Below are positions 37,528-46,508 of a DNA stretch of 64,000 nucleotides, piece by piece. A program made the translations under genes and the position numbers. The notes under the pieces were generated by a model. It worked only from the letters and a program-made list of their open reading frames with translations. It made no database searches and was not told the origin of the DNA. Numbering within the stretch: the first letter of the stretch is position 1; each line of letters opens with the position of its first letter. Origin of the DNA: Halopenitus sp. (GTDB lineage Archaea; Halobacteriota; Halobacteria; Halobacteriales; Haloferacaceae); NCBI GenBank assembly GCA_042219525.1, contig JBDGPU010000017.1, positions 2,241 through 66,240 on the forward strand, in the 5' to 3' direction.

Positions 37528-38439
37528 CTAGACGCTGAGACCGAACTCGCGGACCACCGTCTCGTGCCACTCTGATTCCGGAACCGACCGCTCGGTTCGC
37601 GTCGCCCCCTCCCGCTCCGTCAGCGTCGTGCCTGACAGCTTCAGATGGCCCGCCGCCGTTGCGATCTGAACCACCGGATCCCCGGTGAACGGCGACTCGG
37701 GAGCCGTCTGGAGGAAGTCGTTCGTCGCTCGGAAGTAGTCGAGGTCGCAGAGCTCGTCGGAGAAGACGTAGCGAACGCTCCATTCGTCGGACTCGGGTTC
37801 GCGGTAGACCGACTGGAACTCCTCGTCCGGTCTGTCACAGGCGGCGATGCGCCAGTCGACGCCGACCTCGTCCGTCCGGACGGAGCCGTCGAGTGGCGTC
37901 GGCTGACGCATCACGGGAACGCCCATGCCGACGTCGACGACGTAGCGCCGATCGAGGTCGACGACGACGCTGTGGTGGTTCGCGGGCGCGCTGGGGCCCT
38001 CGTCGCTCGTGACGCGCGCTGGAACGCGGTCGACGTCGTAGCCGAGGGCGTCGAGCAACCAGTAGAACAGCCCGTTGAGTTCGAAGCAGTAGCCGCCGCG
38101 CTCGTCCGCGACGACCTTCTCGTAACAAGCGGCCGTCGACAGCTCGACGCCGGGGCCGTCGTCCTCGGCGAACGGGTCGCCGACGATGGCGAGGTTCTCG
38201 AAGGGGACGTTGGTGACGTGCGCGCGTTGCAAGCGCGAGAGGGTCTCGAGGTCCGGTTCCTCGACAGTGGCGGGGTCGACGCCGATGCGGCGGAGATACG
38301 CGCTCACGACCCGCGGAGCGCCCGCTGCCACTGCGTCCTCGAGGGCGACATCGGCGAAATCGGCGTCCCCGAGGGCGTGGAAATCAGCGGCCTCGACACC
38401 GTCCTCGTCGCCGTCGAGGTCGGCGGGATCCTGGCTCAT
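37528..38439 (-). CDS. arylamine N-acetyltransferase
   Basis: VPFENL, RGGYCFELNGLF (catalytic Cys) and a NHH...VD pattern. ATG at 38439 within track ORF 37528..38769. Confidence 0.8.
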   Translation of the reverse strand: MSQDPADLDGDEDGVEAADFHALGDADFADVALEDAVAAGAPRVVSAYLRRIGVDPATVEEPDLETLSRLQRAHVTNVPFENLAIVGDPFAEDDGPGVELSTAACYEKVVADERGGYCFELNGLFYWLLDALGYDVDRVPARVTSDEGPSAPANHHSVVVDLDRRYVVDVGMGVPVMRQPTPLDGSVRTDEVGVDWRIAACDRPDEEFQSVYREPESDEWSVRYVFSDELCDLDYFRATNDFLQTAPESPFTGDPVVQIATAAGHLKLSGTTLTEREGATRTERSVPESEWHETVVREFGLSV

Positions 38440-38509
38440 ACGCCACCTGTGGAACCACCTCCACTTCACTGTATCCTGAAACCGGTTTACGTTCGATTTC
38501 CGAGAAGTT

Positions 38510-39625
38510 TCATTCGAACCAGCGGAGCCAGTCGCCGTAGGACTCGAACTGCGCCAGTTGCCGTTCCGCGGCGTCGCCGTCGCGAAAGGCGACGCGTCGA
38601 TACACCGGCGTTCCGAGGTCCGCGTCGGGGTCGATCGACAGCCAGTCGACCGGTCGGTAGCGACTGTGCGCTGCCAGGATTTCGCGGAGACGGTCGACAG
38701 CTTCGCTGGGCAGCTGATACAGAAAGTGCGTGCTGAACACGACGAGGGCTGCGTCTGGCGGGGCCGCACCGAGCAAGCGCGGGAGTTCGGTTACAGCGTC
38801 GCCCTCGACGACAGTGGGTTGGTGTCGTCGGGCGACCGCCAGTGCCGCGTCGAGACGCCGATGCCGACCGGGCTGGTCCGGATGGACCAGCGCGTGCAAC
38901 CAGCGCGCATTCGCCGTTTCGGTCGGGTCGAGTGGATTCTCGTCGACCCCGACCCGCCACGGTACCGGCGGCAGCGATGGCGGGAGGAGCACGCGCTCGG
39001 CGCCGCGCACGTCGGTTTCGATGGTGACGGGGGAGTCAGGGTCACCAGCCCGTCGTACCGCGTCGTCGTCGCCGGTGTTGTTCCGGCCGTAGCGGTATCC
39101 GTACCGATCCCAGTTCAGGTTGAGTCCGGCGCTCGCGCCGAGTTCGATCAGCGCGAGGGAGTCCGGGTCGGTTCGACGGTGCACGTGGGTGAACGCGGGC
39201 AGCAGCACCGCCGATCGGCCGACGTCGTTCGTCTGGACCCGTCGCGACGCGATTCGCTCACGGAGTTTCGCCTCGTTCGCGAGACAGAACTCGCGGAAGT
39301 GGGGGACCGGGTTTCCGGCAGCAGGGTCGCCGTCGGCAGTTGCGGTGTCGCCATCGGCAGACGGAGTGTCGCCGTCGACGAACGTAACCTCGTCTCCGCG
39401 GCAGGTCGGATAGAAGAGCGTCAGCGGATGGGATTCGCCCTCCAGCAGGAGCGAATGCACGGCCGCCAGCAGCAGCTGGGGTGCCGGCTGTCCCTCAGGA
39501 GCCGCAGCGGCGATGTCGAGCAAGCGCTCGTCCGCCGCAGCGGCGCTCGCGAGCGTCTCGTATAGCGGCGTCACGTCCGCTGCCCAGCCCGCGTATCGCT
39601 CGAACGCCGTCGCCAGGTCCGCCAT
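38510..39625 (-). CDS. DUF2332-like protein
   Basis: N-terminal F..YA.WA....PLY..L....A.D...L.......GQP.P.LLLAAVH.LLL and C-terminal YGDWLRW resemble DUF2332. ATG at 39625. Confidence 0.6.
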   Translation of the reverse strand: MADLATAFERYAGWAADVTPLYETLASAAAADERLLDIAAAAPEGQPAPQLLLAAVHSLLLEGESHPLTLFYPTCRGDEVTFVDGDTPSADGDTATADGDPAAGNPVPHFREFCLANEAKLRERIASRRVQTNDVGRSAVLLPAFTHVHRRTDPDSLALIELGASAGLNLNWDRYGYRYGRNNTGDDDAVRRAGDPDSPVTIETDVRGAERVLLPPSLPPVPWRVGVDENPLDPTETANARWLHALVHPDQPGRHRRLDAALAVARRHQPTVVEGDAVTELPRLLGAAPPDAALVVFSTHFLYQLPSEAVDRLREILAAHSRYRPVDWLSIDPDADLGTPVYRRVAFRDGDAAERQLAQFESYGDWLRWFE

Positions 39626-39746
39626 CGTGGACGGTGTCGCGACCAGCCAAGGAAAACTTTCGGGCGCAGACTCGACTAAATCCGTTACCCGAAAGCGGAC
39701 GTGCAGGAAGCACAACACAGTTGACCCATCCCACCGCATCCCCGGT

Positions 39747-40424
39747 ATGGTCCCACCGCTCGTACTGGATATCGACGGGACGTTGACGACGCCGGACCAC
39801 CGGGTCGACAGCCGGGCGTTCGAGCTGCTGCCCAACTGGGATGCGCCGGTCGTGCTCGCGACGGGCAAGTCGTTCCCGTACCCCGTCGCGCTCGCGCACT
39901 TCCTCGGACTTCCGGAGACGATCATCGCCGAGAACGGTGGCGTCGTCTACGCCGACGGGCGCACGGAGTTCACCGGCGACCCGGACGCCTGCTGGGACGC
40001 CGCGGAAACGTTCATCGAGCGTGGTGGCGACCTCGGCTGGGGGACGAAAACGACGGTGAACCGGTGGCGTGAAACGGAGGTCGCCGCGTCGATGGACGCC
40101 GACGAGGAACTGCTCCGCGAGGCGGCCGCCGAACACGGCCAGGAGGTCGTCGACACCGGGTACGCGTACCACGTCAAATCGCCCGGCGTCAGCAAGGGCG
40201 TCGCGCTCGAACTACTCTGTGACATCTGCGACTACGACCCGGGCGAGTTCGTCGCCGTCGGCGACAGCGAGAACGACGCCTCGACGTTCGCGACGGTCGG
40301 GGAGTCGTACGCCGTGGCCAACGCCGACGAGGTCGCCAAGGAGGCTGCCGACCACGTCCTCGATGCGGGGCACATGGACGGGACGGCGGCGGTGCTCGAA
40401 GCCCTGCTCGCGGACGCCGCGTGA
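39747..40424 (+). CDS. phosphoglycolate phosphatase (HAD superfamily, archaeal type)
   Basis: LDIDGTLT, ATG and GDSENDA motifs. ATG at 39747. Confidence 0.8.
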   Translation: MVPPLVLDIDGTLTTPDHRVDSRAFELLPNWDAPVVLATGKSFPYPVALAHFLGLPETIIAENGGVVYADGRTEFTGDPDACWDAAETFIERGGDLGWGTKTTVNRWRETEVAASMDADEELLREAAAEHGQEVVDTGYAYHVKSPGVSKGVALELLCDICDYDPGEFVAVGDSENDASTFATVGESYAVANADEVAKEAADHVLDAGHMDGTAAVLEALLADAA

Positions 40425-40517
40425 GCGCCTGTCGAGAAGCAAACATCTGTCGGGAGGTGGATTTCCGTCGGGATCATCGGCAAATACGCTTATCTCAGAT
40501 CCGGGTGAAGCGAGTGC

Positions 40518-41183
40518 ATGACAGTACTCGTGGAGCTCACTGCCCCGGCCAAGTCGGTCGCGATGGCCGAGACGCTGTCCGCAGCCCCGGAGACGGTCAT
40601 CGAGATCGAGCGCGTCGTCGGCCACCCAACGGATCTGGTGACGCCGTACTTCTGGGCCTATGGGGGCGACGACGGGGACTTCGAGGCGGCGCTTTCGCGT
40701 GATTCTACGATCGAGACGTACGAACAGCTCGACGCGTTCGCGGAGGAAACGCTGTATCGAACGGAGTGGGACCCAACGATCGACGCGCTCCCCTACGTCG
40801 CGCTGGAAACGAACGCGACCGTCCTCGAAGCGGCCGGGAAGGACGGCGAGTGGGAGATCCGCCTTCGCTTCAAAGAGGACGGAGATGTTTCCGAGTTCTC
40901 GAGCCGCTGTACTCGCCGTGACCTGTCCTACGAGGTCGACCGCGTCTACCATCCGAAGCAACCGACGGAAAGCGGCGGGCTCGGTGTCACGCCCAAGCAG
41001 CGAGAGGCGTTGCAGGCGGCGCTGGAGCGGGGCTACTACGAGGTTCCGCCGGAAGCGACCATGACCGAGATCGCTGACGAACTCGAGGTGTCACAGCAGT
41101 CGCTCTCGCGTCGTTTGCGACGCGCCCACGGGAACCTCGCGTCGAACGCGCTGACGATCCCGGAGCCGATACCGAGTCCGTGA
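40518..41183 (+). CDS. Bat-type (HTH_10) DNA-binding regulator
   Basis: C-terminal LTPKQREALQAALERGYYEVPPEATMTEIADELEVSQQSLSRRLRRA is the classic HTH_10 signature. Confidence 0.75.
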   Translation: MTVLVELTAPAKSVAMAETLSAAPETVIEIERVVGHPTDLVTPYFWAYGGDDGDFEAALSRDSTIETYEQLDAFAEETLYRTEWDPTIDALPYVALETNATVLEAAGKDGEWEIRLRFKEDGDVSEFSSRCTRRDLSYEVDRVYHPKQPTESGGLGVTPKQREALQAALERGYYEVPPEATMTEIADELEVSQQSLSRRLRRAHGNLASNALTIPEPIPSP

Positions 41184-41393
41184 CGCCTGACCGATCACGT
41201 CGCCCGATTCGGTTTATAAACGCAGTGTATATACAATCCGGTGGTTCTTTGCCAGGCTCAAGAGAGCTAATCGCACGACGGATGGCAGATGAACCTGTTG
41301 TAGTCGACGGTCATGAGATGTTGTCGAACGCCTCATATAGGTCCCCACGACAGTCGAATCCCGTGGCGCCTATCGAAGGGGGTGTCGCCAGCC

Positions 41394-41546
41394 GTGACTG
41401 ACGCCGAGAAACTGCGCGTCGATTGCGACGACTGTGCGTTCTCGGAGATCGTTCCGACCGACGCGGACGTGCAGCCGGCCGAGATCGTCGTGGAACACGG
41501 ACAGGAGCGCGGGCACACCCTGAGTATCGAGCCAGTCGAAGAGTGA
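41394..41546 (+). CDS. possible small protein (50 aa, GTG start)
   Basis: VTDAEKLRVDCDDCAFSEIV...EHGQERGHTLSIEPVEE. Acidic with good GC3, but short and supported only by composition. Confidence 0.3.
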   Translation: MTDAEKLRVDCDDCAFSEIVPTDADVQPAEIVVEHGQERGHTLSIEPVEE

Positions 41547-41593
41547 ACTGCTGACCGATGCAGAGGCTCTCGCCCAACTGGCCCGTTGCCGAC

Positions 41594-42829
41594 TCAGTAC
41601 GCGGCGTCGAGCACGGCCTCCAGCTCCGCGGCCGTCGGTTCGAGCCCCTCAGGCGCGTTCGCCATGAACGAGTCCTCGAGCACGGTCTCCGCCACTGCCT
41701 CGAACGCCGCAGGTTCGGGACCCTCGACGTCGCGGAGGCGACTCGGGAGGTCGAGCGCGTCGCGAACGCGGGTCACCGCGTCGACGACTGCGCCCGCCGG
41801 GTCCGGCGCGGCGCCAATGCCAAGTGCCTCCGCAAGGCGGTCGCGCCGCCCGTCGACCTGCTCGAACAGGTACGAGAGCGCGTGGGGCGTCACGACGGCG
41901 TGGGCGGCGCCCTGCTGGACCTCGTAGCCGGCGGTCAGCCCGTGGCCGAACGCGTGGATCAGCGACAGCGTCGACTCCCCGGACCGCGAGATGCCGTACT
42001 GGACGAGCATCGTTCCCTCGACGACCGGCTCCAGCACCGCGGCGTCGATGTCGTCCGCGCTGCCGGTGTCCTCGCCATCGCCGCCGCGGGCGCCGAGTTC
42101 GAGGAGCCCCTCCTGCAGGAGCTGGAGCCCCCGAACAGCCGTCCCGTCCGTGACCGGAGTGGCGGTCCGGGCGTACAGCGTCTCGATGCCCTTGTTGAAC
42201 CCGTTCATCGCGGAGGCCGCGAGGATGGATTTCGGCGTCGTTGCGAACAGCTCGGGGTCGTAGACGACGGCGCTCGGCATCAGTCGGGGGTCGGAGAGGC
42301 CGCCGCTGACGTACTCCTCGACGAGCCCGGCGTCGGGTGAGGCGTTGAGTCCGGCGCCGATGGAGAGGTCCGCGCCCGCGAGCGTCGTCGGCACCGCGAC
42401 GATCGGTGGGAGCGGGTCCTCGGGAATGGAGATCGTCCCGCGGCGAGCGAACTCCGCGGCGATCGTCTTCCGGTCGCGGTCGTCGGCTGCGACGACGCTG
42501 ATCGCTTTCGCGAGGTCGAGACTGCTGCCGCCGCCGAGACTCACGAGGACGTCGGCGTCGGCCGCGTCCAGCGCGTCTGCGCCGGCGATGGCGGTCGCGA
42601 GCTCTTTTTCCGGCGTCGTCTCGGCGAAGACCTCGGCGAGTTTGTCGCCGAGGCCGTCGCGCACGGGGTCCATCACCGGCGGCGACGCGCCGACGGTCGA
42701 GCCGCAGACGACCAGGGCGCGGTCGAGCCCCTGCTCGTCGAGTTCGGTCGCCAGGTCGGCGGCGGCGCCGGAGCCGAACCGCAACGCACCCGGCCGATAG
42801 TCGAAGCGGAAACGAGTAGCCTGGTCCAT
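41594..42829 (-). CDS. iron-containing (group III) alcohol dehydrogenase family oxidoreductase
   Basis: GGGSSLDLAK and a His-rich metal-site region (HAFGH). ATG at 42829 inside the over-long track ORF 41594..43726. Confidence 0.85.
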   Translation of the reverse strand: MDQATRFRFDYRPGALRFGSGAAADLATELDEQGLDRALVVCGSTVGASPPVMDPVRDGLGDKLAEVFAETTPEKELATAIAGADALDAADADVLVSLGGGSSLDLAKAISVVAADDRDRKTIAAEFARRGTISIPEDPLPPIVAVPTTLAGADLSIGAGLNASPDAGLVEEYVSGGLSDPRLMPSAVVYDPELFATTPKSILAASAMNGFNKGIETLYARTATPVTDGTAVRGLQLLQEGLLELGARGGDGEDTGSADDIDAAVLEPVVEGTMLVQYGISRSGESTLSLIHAFGHGLTAGYEVQQGAAHAVVTPHALSYLFEQVDGRRDRLAEALGIGAAPDPAGAVVDAVTRVRDALDLPSRLRDVEGPEPAAFEAVAETVLEDSFMANAPEGLEPTAAELEAVLDAAY

Positions 42830-43021
42830 GGTAGCTACTGGCACTTTCGAGGGCCCGCTCATCAACCCTTTCGGTGGGACAGTCGATGGGCCGGGAATGC
42901 CAACCGAAGCACAAGCTTGTTTGTCGTAGCTCAACTGAGATGGATTCAACGCGCGATCGTCGCCCGCTGACCGATCGGGAACACCGGAACGCGCGGCGCG
43001 GCGACCGCACTTCACTCGACA

Positions 43022-44065
43022 ATGAAATTCGTCCTCACGATCGGTTCGACGGCGACCGCACGCATCGACGGGATCAGCGCCGCCGGCGCGGACCCCGACC
43101 TGATGGTTCACACGCCGAGCGCGGACGCGGAGATACTCACGTACGGCGAGCCGACCCAGGCCCCGGTCGTCCCGGTCAGCCCGACCGGGTGTCCGACGCC
43201 GGCGGTCGTCACGCGCGCCGTCCGGGAGCTCCTCGGCTTCGAGACGGTCGTCGTCGACGCCGGGACCGCGAGTGCGACGAACGCGCCGACGGTCGACCTT
43301 CCGGGCGACGCGGGCGCGGACGTGCGCGACGAGGTCGCCGTCGCCGACGCGACAGCCAAGTTCGAGGCGGCCCGCGCGCACGGGCAGTCGATTCCCGACG
43401 ACGAGATCGTCGTCGCCGAGACGATTCCCGGCGGGACGACGACTGCGATGGGCGTGCTGACCGCGCTCGGCGAGGAGCGAGCGGTCTCCTCGTCGCTGCC
43501 CGAGAACCCACTCGAACTCAAGCGCGACGTCGTCTCGACGGGGCTCGACGCGAGCGACCTCCAGCGCGGTGGGGCTGCCGGCGACCCGATGGCGGCAGTG
43601 CGCGCGGTCGGGGATCCGGTCCTCGCGGGCGTCGCGGGGCTGACCGTCGGTGCGCTCGAATCCGGCACGAGCGTCACGCTCGGCGGCGGGACGCAGATGA
43701 GCGCGGCCGCCGCGCTGGTCCGGCACTTCGGCGTCGACGCGCCGCTGTCGCAGTCGACGACCGCCTTCATCGCGAACGACGAGACGGCCGGAGTCAGACA
43801 GCTAGCCGACGCGCTCGACGTCGACCTGACGGTCACCGACCCCAAGTTCGCCGCGAGTGACCATCCGGCGATGGACGCCTACGTTCGCGGCGAGGCGAAG
43901 GAGGGCGTCGGCATGGGCGGCGCGCTGGGGCTGGCGGTTGCCAGCGAGCGGGGAGTCGACACGCGCGAGGTCCGCGAGCAGGTCGTCGCCGTCTACGACC
44001 GGCTGCTGGCGAACGCGCCGGACGAGCATCCGGCCGCGAAGGCGTCGGACGGCGTCGCCGAGTAG
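43022..44065 (+). CDS. cobT: archaeal nicotinate-nucleotide--dimethylbenzimidazole phosphoribosyltransferase (CobT, UPF0284-type)
   Basis: 347 aa with the [20 protein letters not shown] and [10 protein letters not shown] motifs of the TIGR00303-like family. Confidence 0.8.
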   Translation: MKFVLTIGSTATARIDGISAAGADPDLMVHTPSADAEILTYGEPTQAPVVPVSPTGCPTPAVVTRAVRELLGFETVVVDAGTASATNAPTVDLPGDAGADVRDEVAVADATAKFEAARAHGQSIPDDEIVVAETIPGGTTTAMGVLTALGEERAVSSSLPENPLELKRDVVSTGLDASDLQRGGAAGDPMAAVRAVGDPVLAGVAGLTVGALESGTSVTLGGGTQMSAAAALVRHFGVDAPLSQSTTAFIANDETAGVRQLADALDVDLTVTDPKFAASDHPAMDAYVRGEAKEGVGMGGALGLAVASERGVDTREVREQVVAVYDRLLANAPDEHPAAKASDGVAE

Positions 44066-44116
44066 GCCCAAGGAACGTCGCGCTGTCAGGCGATTTTCTG
44101 GATCCTTTTTCGCCTT

Positions 44117-44953
44117 TTAGCTCGATTCCGGCCTCGTTCGTTCCGCCCGGAGTACCGGCGATTCGATACCTTCGGCCTCGAACGCCGCCAGGGTCCGTTC
44201 GGTCACGTCGGAGGAGAAAGCGAACTCGTCGCGAAGGTCGGACACGTAGGCCTTCCCCTTGATCGTCCGGTAGTAGGCGTCGTCCTCCACGACGACGGCG
44301 ACGGGATGGTCGTCGTCGACGAAGACGTACTTCGAGGTTATCAGCGCTTCCTCCACGATGTCCGTCGCTCGGTCGACGTCGGCGCTCCTGGCGACCGCGA
44401 CCTCGACGACGACCATCATCTCCGGCGCGCCCGCGTTCGCGTTGGCCACGTTCGCGCTGAACATCGTCGCGTTCGGGACGACGACCGCGGTGTCGTCCGC
44501 TGTCGTCAACGTCGTCGACCGGAGGCCGATCCCCGTGACCTCGCCGTAGTGGTCGCCGATCTCGACCTTGTCCCCGACGCGGTAGGGCTTCTCCGTGATG
44601 ATGACGAGGCCGCCGATGACGCCGGCGAACAGGTCCTTCAGGCCGAAGCCCAGCGCCGCCCCGAGCAGCCCCGAGACCGCGAGCACCTGCGTCGACGAGA
44701 GCTGCAGCAGCGGCCCCGCGATGAAATACGCCGCGAGCCCGTAGATCAGGAACTTCAGGACCGGCGTGAACATCTTGATGGCGATACGGCGCCGGGGGAC
44801 GCGCTCCGCCAGCGCGGAGATAGCCACGGTCCCGAAGCGGGCGAGCAGGTAGGCCGCAAGTAGCACGACGACGCTCTCGAAGAGGATCGACGGTTCGAGC
44901 TGCACCCCGCCGACCCCTGACTGGCCGCCGACGCCCGCCTGAAGGAGAATCAC
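44117..44953 (-). CDS. small-conductance mechanosensitive channel (MscS family)
   Basis: TM helices, then the beta-domain motif ITEKPYRVGDKVEIGDHYGEVTGIGLRSTTL. The GTG at 44953 overlaps the stop of the upstream gene (GTGA). Confidence 0.85.
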   Translation of the reverse strand: MILLQAGVGGQSGVGGVQLEPSILFESVVVLLAAYLLARFGTVAISALAERVPRRRIAIKMFTPVLKFLIYGLAAYFIAGPLLQLSSTQVLAVSGLLGAALGFGLKDLFAGVIGGLVIITEKPYRVGDKVEIGDHYGEVTGIGLRSTTLTTADDTAVVVPNATMFSANVANANAGAPEMMVVVEVAVARSADVDRATDIVEEALITSKYVFVDDDHPVAVVVEDDAYYRTIKGKAYVSDLRDEFAFSSDVTERTLAAFEAEGIESPVLRAERTRPESS

Positions 44954-45828
44954 TGGAGGCCCCTCCGTTCGGCCTCCGCGACCGCGGTCGGCACGGCCGT
45001 CGGTTCGAGCCGGACTTCGCCGTCCTCGACGGAGACCACGTCGGCTCGGCGGAGTCGCCCGAGAACCCGTTCGGCCTCGTCGACGATGCGAGCGAGCTCC
45101 GACCGGGTCACGCGCTCCTTCAACAGGACGAGTCGGAGGCAGAACGCCTCCACGCGGTCGAGGTCCAGGTCGGTTCCGGACGCCACGATGTCGCTGGGGC
45201 GAAGCTCCTCGCGTCGGCTGGCGTCCCAGATGGCCGTCGCGACGCCGACGTTCCCCTGCGAGACCGCCGCGAGTCGCTCGAAGACGACGTCTTTCGGATC
45301 CACGTCGCCCTCGTCCAGACTCACCGACAGCGCCGCGCGGTTCACCACCGGAACCGGCACCGACAGCGTACGGCCGCCCAGGGTGAACTCGGAGCGCCCG
45401 AGGGCGACCAGCCCACCGGACTCGGCCTGCTCGGCCCCGAAGGCCGGCATTTCCTCGTAGCGTTCCAGCATCAGTTCCGCCAGGTCCTCGGCCGCCGTTT
45501 CCTCGACGGTCGCCCGGGTCGCGAACGTCCGGTCGACGCCCCGGACCTGCGAGAGGTAGGTCCACGCGTACGTGTTCCAGCCCGCCACGACCAGGTCGTC
45601 GGCTCCGAGGATGGCCTGGAGCCCTGCGTCCAGGGCGTCGAACCCGCCGATCAGGTGCGCGTAGAGGTGATGAACCCCGTCGACGACGAGTGATCCGTCA
45701 CCAAGGGCACCCCGGAGGGTCGCCGCGTCGTCGCCGGGTTCAAGACGGAGCACCTCGGTGTCGAGGCGGTCAGCAGCTTCCTCGAGCACGCGCTCGCGAC
45801 CCCCGAAAGGCGGACTACAGACCGCCAT
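44950..45828 (-). CDS. hypothetical protein with a C-terminal winged-helix-like region; possibly the 3' part of a frameshifted longer gene starting at 45959
   Basis: 292-aa ORF with good GC3. F.GRE..LEE...RL resembles archaeal ATPase lead-ins, but no P-loop is seen. An upstream coding-like ORF lies in another frame (see findings). Confidence 0.55.
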   Translation of the reverse strand: MAVCSPPFGGRERVLEEAADRLDTEVLRLEPGDDAATLRGALGDGSLVVDGVHHLYAHLIGGFDALDAGLQAILGADDLVVAGWNTYAWTYLSQVRGVDRTFATRATVEETAAEDLAELMLERYEEMPAFGAEQAESGGLVALGRSEFTLGGRTLSVPVPVVNRAALSVSLDEGDVDPKDVVFERLAAVSQGNVGVATAIWDASRREELRPSDIVASGTDLDLDRVEAFCLRLVLLKERVTRSELARIVDEAERVLGRLRRADVVSVEDGEVRLEPTAVPTAVAEAERRGLQ

Positions 45829-46093
45829 CGGCCCCGGGCGTCACCGGACAGCACCGAGTCGAAGGCCGCCTCGTCGTCGCCGAGGAGTGCGCCCGGAACG
45901 GTTGTCTGCGTCCCCGAGGCCGCGGCCGCGTCCCCTCCGGGACCAGGACTCTCACTCATGTCCCCGTAGTTCACCGAGGGATACCGTAATAGTTGGGCCG
46001 CGTCGCGCCGGTGGGTAGCCACACCCTCGACTGCGAGTGCACGTCACCAACCGAAGTCACGAAAAGTGTGTCGAGGTGTCCGGCCTTCCCACA

Positions 46094-46153
46094 GCGATGC
46101 ACCGCCTCCCGCAACGACGCTCCGCCGCCCGCGACGATGCACCGTCCCCGGCC
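46094..46153. repeat. three degenerate 20-nt tandem repeats (acgaYgcNccgccNcccgcN)
   Basis: gcgatgcaccgcctcccgca / acgacgctccgccgcccgcg / acgatgcaccgtccccggcc, read directly in an intergenic region. Confidence 0.6.
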
Positions 46154-46206
46154 CAGTCGCTACGTGATCGACCGGAGTAGTCGTCTCCCACCCCTCTCTA
46201 TCGACG

Positions 46207-46377
46207 TTAAGCGTCCTGGACGGGGAGGAAGCTCCCGTTGATGTCCCACTCGTGGATGCAGTAGACGTTCCCGGGGTCGTCTGCGACGCGCCACGTGTCG
46301 GCGTCGTCGTCCCAGACCTCCTCGCGGCCGCAGTTCTCACAGGTTCGTTCAGTCGGTTTCCGGAGCTCGGCGTTCAT
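46207..46377 (-). CDS. small zinc-finger protein with an HEWD motif
   Basis: MNAELRKPTERTCENCG...VYCIHEWDINGSF. ATG at 46377 within track ORF 46207..46476. Confidence 0.5.
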   Translation of the reverse strand: MNAELRKPTERTCENCGREEVWDDDADTWRVADDPGNVYCIHEWDINGSFLPVQDA

Positions 46378-46508
46378 ACTCGGAAATGGGATATCCGTCT
46401 TCAAATAGGTATCGAGGCGGATTCTCCGCCCACCGTGGGCGGGGGGAAGCCGAAACCCACAGCAACAAATAACCAACTACTAAGTACCTTATCTACCTAT
46501 TGAAACTC

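Noticed and set aside
41180-41401. Track ORF encoding MTPDRSRRP...MADEPVVVDGHEML...
   Set aside because: It has low GC3, basic composition and no motifs. The region looks like an AT-rich promoter (ggtttataaac, gtatatac) for downstream transcription.
42830-43726. An upstream extension of the alcohol dehydrogenase ORF (track ORF 41594..43726, 710 aa).
   Set aside because: The extension is Arg/Gly-rich and antisense to the well-supported cobT gene. ADH homology begins at MDQATRFRFDY (ATG 42829).
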